Part shown: positions 11,701 to 25,056 of the stretch, piece after piece
Layout of the letters: every line of letters starts with the position of its first letter
Position numbering within the stretch: position 1 is the first letter of the stretch
Origin: Lingula anatina
Taxonomy: Eukaryota; Animalia; Brachiopoda
Reading direction: 5' to 3'
Assembly: GCA_051362555.1 (NCBI GenBank)
Contig: JBPQGU010000016.1
Span: forward strand, 4,898,001-4,962,000
DNA length: 64,000 nucleotides
Notes under the pieces: model-generated
Told to the model about the DNA's origin: nothing
What the model saw: only the letters and a program-made list of their open reading frames with translations
Database searches by the model: none
Translations under genes and position numbers: made by a program

Positions 11701-14700
11701 TGTCTCCCCCCCCCCCTCTCAGATTCTGTTCTCAGAGCTTATTTTTGGATCATCTTTAAAGCTAGAATTGGGGGCCTTGATGAAGTGACCCGGGCGCGTT
11801 TCCACATTTTTTATGAATGACAGGTGTGGTAGATTGATTTTCGTCACTTTTTGGAAAAATCGGAGACGGGTCGATTTTTGGTGATTTTGAGTGATTTTGA
11901 ACAGTGCGGGCATTGTGAGATTTCTTCAATTTTGGCCAGGTAGGGATGAAATTTTTTTTTCTTCATTATAGTGTCAGGTAGGTGTGTTCGGTCATTTGTA
12001 GTAAGATAAAGTGCTGGAAGAGTGGTGGTGTCAACATTAAGGAAGAAATAGAGCAAAAACTCTGTCTCCCCCCCCCCCCCTCTCAGATTCTTTTCTCAGA
12101 GCTTATTTTTGGATCATCTTTAAAGCTAGAATTGGGGGCTTTGATGAAGTGACCTGGGCACGTTTCCACATTTTTTATGAATGACAGGTGTGGTAGATTG
12201 ATTTTCGTCACTTTTTGGAAAAATCGGAGACGGGTCGATTTTTGGTGATTTTGAGTGATTTTGAACAGTGCCGGCACTGTGAGATTTCTTCAATTTTGGC
12301 CAGGTAGGGATGAAAATTTTTTTTCTTCATTATAGTGTCAGGTAGGTGTGTTCCGTCATTTGTAGTAAGAATAAAGTGCTGGAAGAGTGGTGGTGTCAAC
12401 ATTAAGGAAGAAATAGAGCAAAAACTCTGTCTCCCCCCCCCCTCTCAGATTCTGTTCTCAGAGCTTATTTTTGATCATCTTTAAAGCTAGAATTGGGGGC
12501 CTTGATGAAGTGACCCAGGCGCGTTTCCACATTTTTTATGAATGACAGGTGTGGTTGATTGATTTTCGTCACTTTTTGGAAAAATCGGAGACGGGTCGAT
12601 TTTTGGTGATTTTGAGTGATTTTGAATAGTGCCGGCACTGTGAGATTTCTTCAATTTTGGCCAGGTAGGGATGAAAATTTTTTTTCTTCATTATAGTGTC
12701 AGGTAATTGTGTTCGGTCATTTGTAGTAAGAATAAAGTGCTGGAAGAGTGGTGGTGTCAACATTAAGGAAGAAATAGAGCAAAAACTCTGTCTCCCCCCC
12801 CCCTCTCAGATTCTGTTCTCAGAGCTTATTTTTGGATCATCTTTAAAGCTAGAATTGGGGGCCTTGATGAAGTGACCCGGGCGCGTTTCCACATTTTTTA
12901 TGAATGACAGGTGTGGTAGATTGATTTTCGTCACTTTTTGGAAAAATCGGAGACGGGTCGATTTTTGGTGATTTTGAGTGATTTTGAACAGTGCCGGCAC
13001 TGTGAGATTTCTTCAATTTTGGCCAGGTAGGGATGAAAATTTTTTTTCTTCATTATAGTGTCAGGTAGGTGTGTTCGGTCATTTGTAGTAAGAATAAAGT
13101 GCTGGAAGAGTGGTGGTGTCAACATTAAGGAAGAAATAGAGCAAAAACTTTGTCTCCCCCCCTCCCTCTCAGATTCTGTTCTCAGAGCTTATTTTTGGAT
13201 CATCTTTAAAGCTAGAATTGGGGGCCTTGATGAAGTGACCCGGGCGCGTTTCCACATTTTTTATGAATGACAGGTGTGGTAGATTGATTTTCGTCACTTT
13301 TTGGAAAAATCGGAGACGGGTCGATTTTTGGTGATTTTGAGTGATTTTGAACAGTGCCGGCACTGTGAGATTTCTTCAATTTTGGCCAGGTAGGGATGAA
13401 AATTTTTTTTCTTCATTATAGTGTCAGGTAGGTGTGTTCGGTCATTTGTAGTAAGAATAAAGTGCTGGAAGAGTGGTGGTGTCAACATTAAGGAAGAAAT
13501 AGAGCAAAAACTCTGTCTCCCCCCCCCCCTCTCAGATTCTGTTCTCAGAGCTTATTTTTGGATCATCTTTAAAGCTAGAATTGGGGGCCTTGATGAAGTG
13601 ACCCGGGCGCGTTTCCACATTTTTTATGAATGACAGGTGTGGTAGATTGATTTTCGTCACTTTTTGGAAAAATCGGAGACGGGTCGATTTTTGGTGATTT
13701 TGAGTGATTTTGAACAGTGCGGGCATTGTGAGATTTCTTCAATTTTGGCCAGGTAGGGATGAAAATTTTTTTTCTTCATTATAGTGTCAGGTAGGTGTGT
13801 TCGGTCATTTGTAGTAAGAATAAAGTGCTGGAAGAGTGGTGGTGTCAACATTAAGGAAGAAATAGAGCAAAAACTCTGTCTCCCCCCCCCCCTCTCAGAT
13901 TCTTTTCTCAGAGCTTATTTTTGGATCATCTTTAAAGCTAGAATTGGGGGCTTTGATGAAGTGACCTGGGCACGTTTCCACATTTTTTATGAATGACAGG
14001 TGTGGTAGATTGATTTTCGTCACTTTTTGGAAAAATCGGAGACGGGTCGATTTTTGGTGATTTTGAGTGATTTTGAACAGTGCCGGCACTGTGAGATTTC
14101 TTCAATTTTGGCCAGGTAGGGATGAAAATTTTTTTTCTTCATTATAGTGTCAGGTAGGTGTGTTCCGTCATTTGTAGTAAGAATAAAGTGCTGGAAGAGT
14201 GGTGGTGTCAACATTAAGGAAGAAATAGAGCAAAAACTCTGTCTCCCCCCCCCCCCTCTCAGATTCTGTTCTCAGAGCTTATTTTTGATCATCTTTAAAG
14301 CTAGAATTGGGGGCCTTGATGAAGTGACCCAGGCGCGTTTCCACATTTTTTATGAATGACAGGTGTGGTAGATTGATTTTCGTCACTTTTTGGAAAAATC
14401 GGAGACGGGTCGATTTTTGGTGATTTTGAGTGATTTTGAATAGTGCCGGCACTGTGAGATTTCTTCAATTTTGGCCAGGTAGGGATGAAAATTTTTTTTC
14501 TTCATTATAGTGTCAGGTAATTGTGTTCGGTCATTTGTAGTAAGAATAAAGTGCTGGAAGAGTGGTGGTGTCAACATTAAGGAAGAAATAGAGCAAAAAC
14601 TCTGTCTCCCCCCCCCCCTCTCAGATTCTGTTCTCAGAGCTTATTTTTGGATCATCTTTAAAGCTAGAATTGGGGGCCTTGATGAAGTGACCCGGGCGCG

Positions 14701-17700
14701 TTTCCACATTTTTTATGAATGACAGGTGTGGTAGATTGATTTTCGTCACTTTTTGGAAAAATCGGAGACGGGTCGATTTTTGGTGATTTTGAGTGATTTT
14801 GAACAGTGCCGGCACTGTGAGATTTCTTCAATTTTGGCCAGGTAGGGATGAAAATTTTTTTTCTTCATTATAGTGTCAGGTAGGTGTGTTCGGTCATTTG
14901 TAGTAAGAATAAAGTGCTGGAAGAGTGGTGGTGTCAACATTAAGGAAGAAATAGAGCAAAAACTTTGTCTCCCCCCCTCCCTCTCAGATTCTGTTCTCAG
15001 AGCTTATTTTTGGATCATCTTTAAAGCTAGAATTGGGGGCCTTGATGAAGTGACCCGGGCGCGTTTCCACATTTTTTATGAATGACAGGTGTGGTAGATT
15101 GATTTTCGTCACTTTTTGGAAAAATCGGAGACGGGTCGATTTTTGGTGATTTTGAGTGATTTTGAACAGTGCCGGCACTGTGAGATTTCTTCAATTTTGG
15201 CCAGGTAGGGATGAAAATTTTTTTTCTTCATTATAGTGTCAGGTAGGTGTGTTCGGTCATTTGTAGTAAGAATAAAGTGCTGGAAGAGTGGTGGTGTCAA
15301 CATTAAGGAAGAAATAGAGCAAAAACTCTGTCTCCCCCCCCCCTCTCAGATTCTGTTCTCAGAGCTTATTTTTGGATCATCTTTAAAGCTAGAATTGGGG
15401 GCCTTGATGAAGTGACCCGGGCGCGTTTCCACATTTTTTATGAATGACAGGTGTGGTAGATTGATTTTCGTCACTTTTTGGAAAAATCGGAGACGGGTCG
15501 ATTTTTGGTGATTTTGAGTGATTTTGAACAGTGCCGGCACTGTGAGATTTCTTCAATTTTGGCCAGGTAGGGATGAAAATTTTTTTTCTTCATTATAGTG
15601 TCAGGTAGGTGTGTTCGGTCATTTGTAGTAAGAATAAAGTGCTGGAAGAGTGGTGGTGTCAACATTAAGGAAGAAATAGAGCAAAAACTCTGTCTCCCCC
15701 CCCCCCTCTCAGATTCTGTTCTCAGAGCTTATTTTTGGATCATCTTTAAAGCTAGAATTGGGGGCCTTGATGAAGTGACCCGGGCGCGTTTCCACATTTT
15801 TTATGAATGACAGGTGTGGTAGATTGATTTTCGTCACTTTTTGGAAAAATCGGAGACAGGTCGATTTTTGGTGATTTTGAGTGATTTTGAACAGTGCCTG
15901 CATTGTGAGATTTCTTCAATTTTGGCCAGGTAGGGATGAAAATTTTTTTTCTTCATTATAGTGTCAGGTAGGTGTGTTCGGTCATTTGTAGTAAGAATAA
16001 AGTGCTGGAAGAGTGGTGGTGTCAACATTAAGGAAGAAATAGAGCAAAAACTCTGTCTCCCCCCCCCCTCTCAGATTCTGTTCTCAGAGCTTATTTTTGG
16101 ATCATCTTTAAAGCTAGAATTGGGGGCCTTGATGAAGTGACCCGGGCGCGTTTCCACATTTTTTATGAATGACAGGTGTGGTAGATTGATTTTCGTCACT
16201 TTTTGGAAAAATCGGAGACGGGTCGATTTTTAGTGATTTTGAGTGATTTTGAACAGTGCCTGCATTGTGAGATTTCTTCAATTTTGGCCAGGTAGGGATG
16301 AAAATTTTTTTTCTTCATTATAGTGTCAGGTAGGTGTGTTCGGTCATTTGTAGTAAGAATAAAGTGCTGGAAGAGTGGTGGTGTCAACATTAAGGAAGAA
16401 ATAGAGCAAAAACTCTGTCTCCCCCCCCCCCCTCTCAGATTCTGTTCTCAGAGCTTATTTTTGGATCATCTTTAAAGCTAGAATTGGGGGCCTTGATGAA
16501 GTGACCTGGGCGCGTTTCCACATTTTTTATGAATGACAGGTGTGGTAGATTGATTTTCGTCACTTTTTGGAAAAATCGGAGACGGGTCGATTTTTGGTGA
16601 TTTTGAGTGATTTTGAACAGTGCCGGCACTGTGAGATTTCTTCAATTTTGGCCAGGTAGGGATGAAAATTTTTTTTCTTCATTATAGTGTCAGGTAGGTG
16701 TGTTCGGTCATTTGTAGTAAGAATAAAGTGCTGGAAGAGTGGTGGTGTCAACATTAAGGAAGAAATAGAGCAAAAACTCTGTCTCCCCCCCCCCCTCTCA
16801 GATTCTGTTCTCAGAGCTCATTTTTGGATCATCTTTAAAGCTAGAATTGGGGGCCTTGATGAAGTGACCCGGGCGCGTTTCCACATTTTTTATGAATGAC
16901 AGGTGTGGTAGATTGATTTTCGTCACTTTTTGGAAAAATCGGAGACGGGTCGATTTTTGGTGATTTTGAGTGATTTTGAACAGTGCCGTCACTGTGAGAT
17001 TTCTTCAATTTTGGCCAGGTAGGGATGAAAATTTTTTTTCTTCATTATAGTGTCAGGTAGGTGTGTTCGGTCATTTGTAGTAAGAATTAAGTGCTGGAAG
17101 AGTGGTGGTGTCAACATTAAGGAAGAAATAGAGCAAAAAATCTGTCTCCCCCCCCCCCCTCTCAGATTCTGTTCTCAGAGCTTGTTTTTGGATCATCTTT
17201 AAAGCTAGAATTGGGGGCCTTGATGAAGTGACCCGGGCGCGTTTCCACATTTTTTATGAATGACAGGTGTGGTAGATTGATTTTCGTCACTTTTTGGAAA
17301 AATTGGAGACGGGTCGATTTTTGGTGATTTTGAGTGATTTTGAACAGTGCCGGCACTGTGAGATTTCTTCAATTTTGGCCAGGTAGGGATGAAAATTTTT
17401 TTTCTTCATTATAGTGTCAGGTAGGTGTGTTCGGTCATTTGTAGTAAGAATAAAGTGCTGGAAGAGTGGTGGTGTCAACATTAAGGAAGAAATAGAGCAA
17501 AAACTCTGTCTCCCCCCCCCCCCCTCTCAGATTCTGTTCTCAGAGCTTATTTTTGGATCATCTTTAAAGCTAGAATTGGGGGCCTTGATGAAGTGACCCG
17601 GGCGCGTTTCCACATTTTTTATGAATGACAGGTGTGGTAGATTGATTTTCGTCACTTTTTGGAAAAATCGGAGACGGGTCGATTTTTAGTGATTTTGAGT

Positions 17701-20700
17701 GATTTTGAACAGTGCCTGCATTGTGAGATTTCTTCAATTTTGGCCAGGTAGGGATGAAAATTTTTTTTCTTCATTATAGTGTCAGGTAGGTGTGTTCGGT
17801 CATTTGTAGTAAGAATAAAGTGCTGGAAGAGTGGTGGTGTCAACATTAAGGAAGAAATAGAGCAAAAACTCTGTCTCCCCCCCCCCTCTCAGATTCTGTT
17901 CTCAGAGCTTATTTTTGGATCATCTTTAAAGCTAGAATTGGGGGCCTTGATGAAGTGACCTGGGCGCGTTTCCACATTTTTTATGAATGACAGGTGTGGT
18001 AGATTGATTTTCGTCACTTTTTGGAAAAATCGGAGACGGGTCGATTTTTGGTGATTTTGAGTGATTTTGAACAGTGCCGGCACTGTGAGATTTCTTCAAT
18101 TTTGGCCAGGTAGGGATGAAAATTTTTTTTCTTCATTATAGTGTCAGGTAGGTGTGTTCGGTCATTTGTAGTAAGAATAAAGTGCTGGAAGAGTGGTGGT
18201 GTCAACATTAAGGAAGAAATAGAGCAAAAACTCTGTCTCCCCCCCCCCCCCCCTCTCAGATTCTGTTCTCAGAGCTTATTTTTGATCGTCTTTAAAGCTA
18301 GAATTGGGGGCCTTGATGAAGTGACCCGGGCGCGTTTCCACATTTTTTATGAATGACAGGTGTGGTAGATTGATTTTCGTCACTTTTTGGAAAAATCGGA
18401 GACGGGTCGATTTTTGGTGATTTTGAGTGATTTTGAACAGTGCCAGCACTGTGAGATTTCTTCAATTTTGGCCAGGTAGGGATGAAAATTTTTTTTCTTC
18501 ATTATAGTGTCAGGTAGGTGTGTTCGGTCATTTGTAGTAAGAATAAAGTGCTGGAAGAGTGGTGGTGTCAACATTAAGGAAGAAATAGAGCAAAAACTCT
18601 GTCTCCCCCCCCCCCCTCTCAGATTCTGTTCTCAGAGCTTATTTTTGATCGTCTTTAAAGCTAGAATTGGGGGCCTTGATGAAGTGACCCGGGCGCGTTT
18701 CCACATTTTTTATGAATGACAGGTGTGGTAGATTGATTTTCGTCACTTTTTGGAAAAATCGGAGACGGGTCGATTTTTGGTGATTTTGAGTGATTTTGAA
18801 CAGTGCCGGCACTGTGAGATTTCTTCAATTTTGGCCAGGTAGGGATGAAAATTTTTTTTCTTCATTATAGTGTCAGGTAGGTGTGTTCGGTCATTTGTAG
18901 TAAGAATAAAGTGCTGGAAGAGTGGTGGTGTCAACATTAAGGAAGAAATAGAGCAAAAACTCTGTCTCCCCCCCCCCCCTCTCAGATTCTGTTCTCAGAG
19001 CTTATTTTTGGATCATCTTTAAAGCTAGAATTGGGGGCCTTGATGAAGTGACCCGGGCGCGTTTCCACATTTTTTATGAATGACAGGTGTGGTAGATTGA
19101 TTTTCGTCACTTTTTGGAAAAATCGGAGACGGGTCGATTTTTGGTGATTTTGAGTGATTTTGAACAGTGCCGGCACTGTGAGATTTCTTCAATTTTGGCC
19201 AGGTAGGGATGAAAATTTTTTTTCTTCATTATAGTGTCAGGTAGGGCTGTTCGGTCATTTGTAGTAAGAATAAAGTGCTGGAAGAGTGGTGGTGTCAACA
19301 TTAAGGAAGAAATAGAGCAAAAACTCTGTCTCCCCCCTTCCCTCTCAGATTCTGTTCTCAGAGCTTATTTTTGGATCATCTTTAAAGCTAGAATTGGGGG
19401 CCTTGATGAAGTGACCCGGGCGCGTTTCCACATTTTTTATGAATGACAGGTGTGGTAGATTGATTTTCGTCACTTTTTGGAAAAATCGGAGACGGGTCGA
19501 TTTTTGGTGATTTTGAGTGATTTTGAACAGTGCCGGCACTGTGAGATTTCTTCAATTTTGGCCAGGTAGGGATGAAAATTTTTTTTCTTCATTATAGTGT
19601 CAGGTAGGTGTGTTCGGTCATTTGTAGTAAGAATAAAGTGCTGGAAGAGTGGTGGTGTCAACATTAAGGAAGAAATAGAGCAAAAACTCTGTCTCCCCCC
19701 CCCCCCTCTCAGATTCTGTTCTCAGAGCTTATTTTTGGATCATCTTTAAAGCTAGAATTGGGGGCCTTGATGAAGTGACCCGGGCGCGTTTCCACATTTT
19801 TTATGAATGACAGGTGTGGTAGATTGATTTTCGTCACTTTTTGGAAAAATCGGAGACGGGTCGATTTTTGGTGATTTTGAGTGATTTTGAACAGTGCCGT
19901 CACTGTGAGATTTCTTCAATTTTGGCCAGGTAGGGATGAAAATTTTTTTTCTTCGTTATAGTGTCAGGTAGGTGTGTTCGGTCATTTGTAGTAAGAATAA
20001 AGTGCTGGAAGAGTGGTGGTGTCAACATTAAGGAAGAAATAGAGCAAAAACTCTGTCTCCCCCCCCCCCCTCTCAGATTCTGTTCTCAGAGCTTATTTTT
20101 GGATCATCTTTAAAGCTAGAATTGGGGGCCTTGATGAAGTGACCCGGGCGCGTTTCCACATTTTTTATGAATGACAGGTGTGGTACATTGATTTTCGTCA
20201 CTTTTTGGAAAAATCGGAGACGGGTCGATTTTTGGTGATTTTGAGTGATTTTGAACAGTGCCGGCATTGTGAGATTTCTTCAATTTTGGCCAGGTAGGGA
20301 TGAAAATTTTTTTTCTTCATTATAGTGTCAGGTAGGTGTGTTCGGTCATTTGTAGTAAGAATAAAGTGCTGGAAGAGTGGTGGTGTCAACATTAAGGAAG
20401 AAATAGAGCAAAAACTCTGTCTCCCCCCCCCCCCTCTCAGATTCTGTTCTCAGAGCTCATTTTTGGATCATCTTTAAAGCTAGAATTGGGGGCCTTGATG
20501 AAGTGACCCGGGCGCGTTTCCACATTTTTTATGAATGACAGGTGTGGTAGATTGATTTTCGTCACTTTTTGGAAAAATCGGAGACGGGTCGATTTTTGGT
20601 GATTTTGAGTGATTTTGAACAGTGCCGTCACTGTGAGATTTCTTCAATTTTGGCCAGGTAGGGATGAAAATTTTTTTTCTTCATTATAGTGTCAGGTAGG

Positions 20701-23700
20701 TGTGTTCGGTCATTTGTAGTAAGAATTAAGTGCTGGAAGAGTGGTGGTGTCAACATTAAGGAAGAAATAGAGCAAAAACTCTGTCTCCCCCCCCCCCCCC
20801 CTCTCAGATTCTGTTCTCAGAGCTTGTTTTTGGATCATCTTTAAAGCTAGAATTGGGGGCCTTGATGAAGTGACCCGGGCGCGTTTCCACATTTTTTATG
20901 AATGACAGGTGTGGTAGATTGATTTTCGTCACTTTTTGGAAAAATTGGAGACGGGTCGATTTTTGGTGATTTTGAGTGATTTTGAACAGTGCCGGCACTG
21001 TGAGATTTCTTCAATTTTGGCCAGGTAGGGATGAAAATTTTTTTTCTTCATTATAGTGTCAGGTAGGTGTGTTCGGTCATTTGTAGTAAGAATAAAGTGC
21101 TGGAAGAGTGGTGGTGTCAACATTAAGGAAGAAATAGAGCAAAAACTCTGTCTCCCCCCCCCCCCTCTCAGATTCTGTTCTCAGAGCTTATTTTTGGATC
21201 ATCTTTAAAGCTAGAATTGGGGGCCTTGATGAAGTGACCTGGGCGCGTTTCCACATTTTTTATGAATGACAGGTGTGGTAGATTGATTTTCGTCACTTTT
21301 TGGAAAAATCGGAGACGGGTCGATTTTTGGTGATTTTGAGTGATTTTGAACAGTGCCGGCACTGTGAGATTTCTTCAATTTTGGCCAGGTAGGGATGAAA
21401 ATTTTTTTTCTTCATTATAGTGTCAGGTAGGTGTGTTCGGTCATTTGTAGTAAGAATAAAGTGCTGGAAGAGTGGTGGTGTCAACTTTAAGGAAGAAATA
21501 GAGCAAAAACTCTGTCTCCCCCCCCCCCTCTCAGATTCTGTTCTCAGAGCTTATTTTTGATCATCTTTAAAGCTAGAATTGGGGGCCTTGATGAAGTGAC
21601 CGGGGCGCGTTTCCACATTTTTTATGAATGACAGGTGTGGTAGATTGATTTTCGTCACTTTTTGGAAAAATCGGAGACGGGTCGATTTTTGGTGATTTTG
21701 AGTGATTTTGAACAGTGCCGGCACTGTGAGATTTCTTCAATTTTGGCCAGGTAGGGATGAAAATTTTTTTTCTTCATTATAGTGTCAGGTAGGTGTGTTC
21801 GGTCATTTGTAGTAAGAATAAAGTGCTGGAAGAGTGGTGGTGTCAACATTAAGGAAGAAATAGAGCAAAAACTCTGTCTCCCCCCCCCCCCCCCCTCTCA
21901 GATTCTGTTTTCAGATCTTTAAAGCTGGAATTGGGGGCCTTGAAGTGACCCGGGCGCGTTTCCACATTTTTTATGAATGACAGGTGTGGTAGATTGATTT
22001 TCGTCACTTTTTGGAAAAATCGGAGACGGCTCGATTTTTTGGTGATTTTGAGTGATTTTGAACAGTGCCGGCACTGTGAGATTTCTTCAATTTTGGCCAG
22101 GTAGGGATGAAAATTTTTTTTCTTCATTATAGTGTCAGGTAGGTGTGTTCGGTCATTTGTAGTAAGAATAAAGTGCTGGTAGAGTGGTGGTGTCAACATT
22201 AAGGAAGAAATAGAGCAAAAACTCTGTCTCCCCCCCTCTCCGATTCTGATCTCGGAGCTTATTTTTGGATCATCTTAAAAGATAGAATTGGGGGCCTTGA
22301 TGAAGTGACCCGGGCGTATTTCCACATTTTTTATGAATGATAGGTGTGATAGATTGATTTTCATGACATTTTTTTTTTTTTTTTTTTTGAGTGATTTTCA
22401 TAAGTGCCAGCCATGTGAGATTTCTTCAATTTTGGCCAGGTAGGGATGAAAAAAAATTTTTTTCATTATAGTGTCAGGTTGGTGTGTTTGGTCATTTGTA
22501 GTAAGCATAAAATGCTGGAAGAGTGGTGGTGTCAACATTATTGAAGAAATAGAGCAAAAACTATGTATACAGATTCCTGCTATATTATTATTTTATCTTT
22601 AATTTATCGAATGTTATGATGCCTTTCCTATATACATAGTCCTTTTTTAAAATAATTACCGTATCAGTTTTTTAAAACTTAGAACAAAAGTTTTCAGTTT
22701 GTCTGTCTTTTTTATTCCAGCAATTTCAGCAGCCATTACTGTTCCCGAGACACCTTGCCTGTGCTATCAAACGAATACTGTTACTTACAGCACAAGAGCA
22801 CCAAAGAGTTTGAAGAGTGCTTTACAAGTCATCAGTCAAATTAAGCAGAAATGGTCTTAGCTTTGCAAACCGGTGTCAAAGGGTCAAATCAAGTATTCCA
22901 AGCCTTCCAAGGACTAGTATGATGTAAGTCAGTATGGACAATATATTAAAGGTCCAAAAGCATCAAAGTCTTTAAGGTACTCGCCCCACGCCGCAGCATG
23001 TCATCGAAGAAATGACCCCTTGATGATAGGGATATGGATTGCAAGTGTTCTGGAGGCTCCAAGACAACTGTCTATAGCAGGTTCTGGTACTTGCATAGTG
23101 GGTCTTCAAACCCTTGGTATAGAAAGTACAAACCAGCAGCTTAATCTGGAAGTTAAAAAGAAAAAAACAGCCATAAGTCCATGCATTAAAATCATGTTGA
23201 AATCTCTTTTTGGAAATTAGAAAAACGACTACTGCAATTATTAGAGAAGGCTTAATTAACTTTGAGTGTGCATTTTTTATGAACTGATACTTCCTTGTGA
23301 ACAAAAACTCTGAAAAGATTTCCACATTTTGTATTTTTGGCAATAATGAGAAATGAATGAACATTCATCGATTATTTATTATCATTATTTATTTATTATT
23401 ATTATTTTTTTTTTTTTGCTATTTCCACTTGAGGGTGCTTACGCAAATTTGGCAGATTTCCCATGTTTTGGGTTAAAAGCACAATGTTCTTATTTTGGGT
23501 CTTTATGAGGTAATGTGATTTTGTCAGCATATTAGTTAAATGAACAACTTTGTCTGGATGCCCCACTCCTGCCTCAAATGAGATTTTAAAAGCAAACATC
23601 AATATCTATAAAGACAGGTTTTAATGCTTATTTTGAACACATTTCACATAAATCACATTTCACATGATGATCTGGGCTGATTTTGTCAAAGTTAAAGAAA

Positions 23701-23949
23701 CCCCATTTTGAACACTGATGACAATTTAAGTAAAACCATGTTACTCATGGATCTCAATCTTACAGAAAAGGTAAATTGGACTGAAATACAGCTTGAGTTA
23801 GAAAACTGAACTGATTGCATTCTTTTTCTGAGAGTTATTTATTTATTTAATTATCATCATTATTATTATTTATTATTATTATTTTCAAAATATTTTTTTC
23901 ACATATTAACATTTTCTTCGTGAGACTTGTAACTCCCACGGGATGAAAT

Positions 23950-24240
23950 TCCAGCTCCCACTCTCAAGCCCCTGGGGAGCTTTTTGAAATAATATAAAGA
24001 TGAAATTTGGGTCTTTTTAAAATAATTAAAATAATGATGTCAGGAAGGTGTGTTTTGTTTTTTCTAGCCATCCACAGGTAAATTGTTTTTTTTTTTTTTT
24101 TTTCAATATTTCTTGTGAATTAAAAAAATATTTTTCCATCCCCCTCCCCAACCTCAAACCCCTGAGGAGCTTTTTGAAGTACTATAAAGATGCAATTTGG
24201 GGATTTAATGATGAGATGTTGATATGTTTAGACAATTATT
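23950..24240 (+). repeat. Two strongly diverged ~190-bp satellite-related subunits
   Basis: CCCCTG(G/A)GGAGCTTTTTGAA...TATAAAGATG(A/C)AATTTGGG occurs at ~23968 and ~24159; it resembles satellite GAGCTTATTTTTGGATCATCTTTAAAGCTAGAATTGGGGG; TGTCAGGAAGGTGTGTT resembles satellite TGTCAGGTAGGTGTGTT. Confidence 0.6.
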
Positions 24241-24888
24241 GTGAATGATCCCTTTCCGTCTCAGCACTGATACTCCTCCGCACCATTACTCCCTCGCACC
24301 GATAGGCCTATACTACCCCTTACACTCCATCGACCTCACCCGCATCTTAAAGCTCCTGCAACGATACTCTCTCACAGCCTTTGCAATTGGTTAAAACTGC
24401 TACCAACAAAACACAATGATTGATCTAAAAACTCTCGAAATACTATTTTTCCGAAAGTGCACCACCCTCTTGGGACCCAAAAGTGACACATTTCATTAGA
24501 TATATTGTGGAAAAATAAGGGAATTACTAAAGTTGGTCTGCTTAGTAACAAAGCACATAGTCGATCTAATATGTATGCAGCTCGGCTTTGTGATTATTAA
24601 GAAATATCTGTATACTTCACTTCGTTCTTCAACAGTGGTTACTGTATACAATATGTGCATCTTCTTCTTGATTTGTTTATTAATTATTTTACTAAAAGTA
24701 TGTTTTTAACAGAAGATAGCAAAGACGACATAATCTTTTCTTCAGGGGCCACTCTATTCGTAAAAGAAATTGAAACAACAACAACAAAAAAAAAAACATT
24801 GTTTAAGCGAGAAATTGCCGCCTTTGTCCTCCTGGAAATGTGAGATTCTACAATTTACGCTGTCCTTGGGCGATTGTAGGAACCACTG

Positions 24889-25056
24889 CAGGGGCGGATC
24901 CAGAGCTATATACTGACAGTCTTCCAAATTATCTTTGTTGATTCATCCTCCAATTTTGACCGTCTTCCAACATTAAAAATTGGATACCCGTCAATGTAAA
25001 CTTGAAAATCTGACCGTCTTCTGGAAGACCCAGAAGACGGCCTAAATCCGCCCCTG
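24889..25056. mobile_element. 168-bp MITE, hAT-like with 5-bp TSD (CACTG)
   Basis: TIR CAGGGGCGGAT...ATCCGCCCCTG; CACTG at 24884-24888 and 25057-25061; subterminal TGAC(A/C)GTCTTC x3; absent from the paralogous site near 60395. Confidence 0.9.

Larger units (their letters stand above)
1..22562. repeat. Satellite DNA array 1, ~363-bp monomer, ~59 head-to-tail copies, open at the left window edge
   Basis: The same monomer (ACAGTGCCGGCACTGTGAGATTTC...GGTCGATTTTTGGTGATTTTGAGTGATTTTGA) recurs every ~360-369 bp; length varies mainly in a poly-C tract; ORF track repeats with the same period; last two monomers (from ~21900) are degenerate. Confidence 0.99.

Noticed and set aside
1-22562. Satellite as 5S rRNA, tRNA or snRNA tandem array
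   Set aside because: No recognisable 5S, tRNA cloverleaf or snRNA sequence in the monomer.
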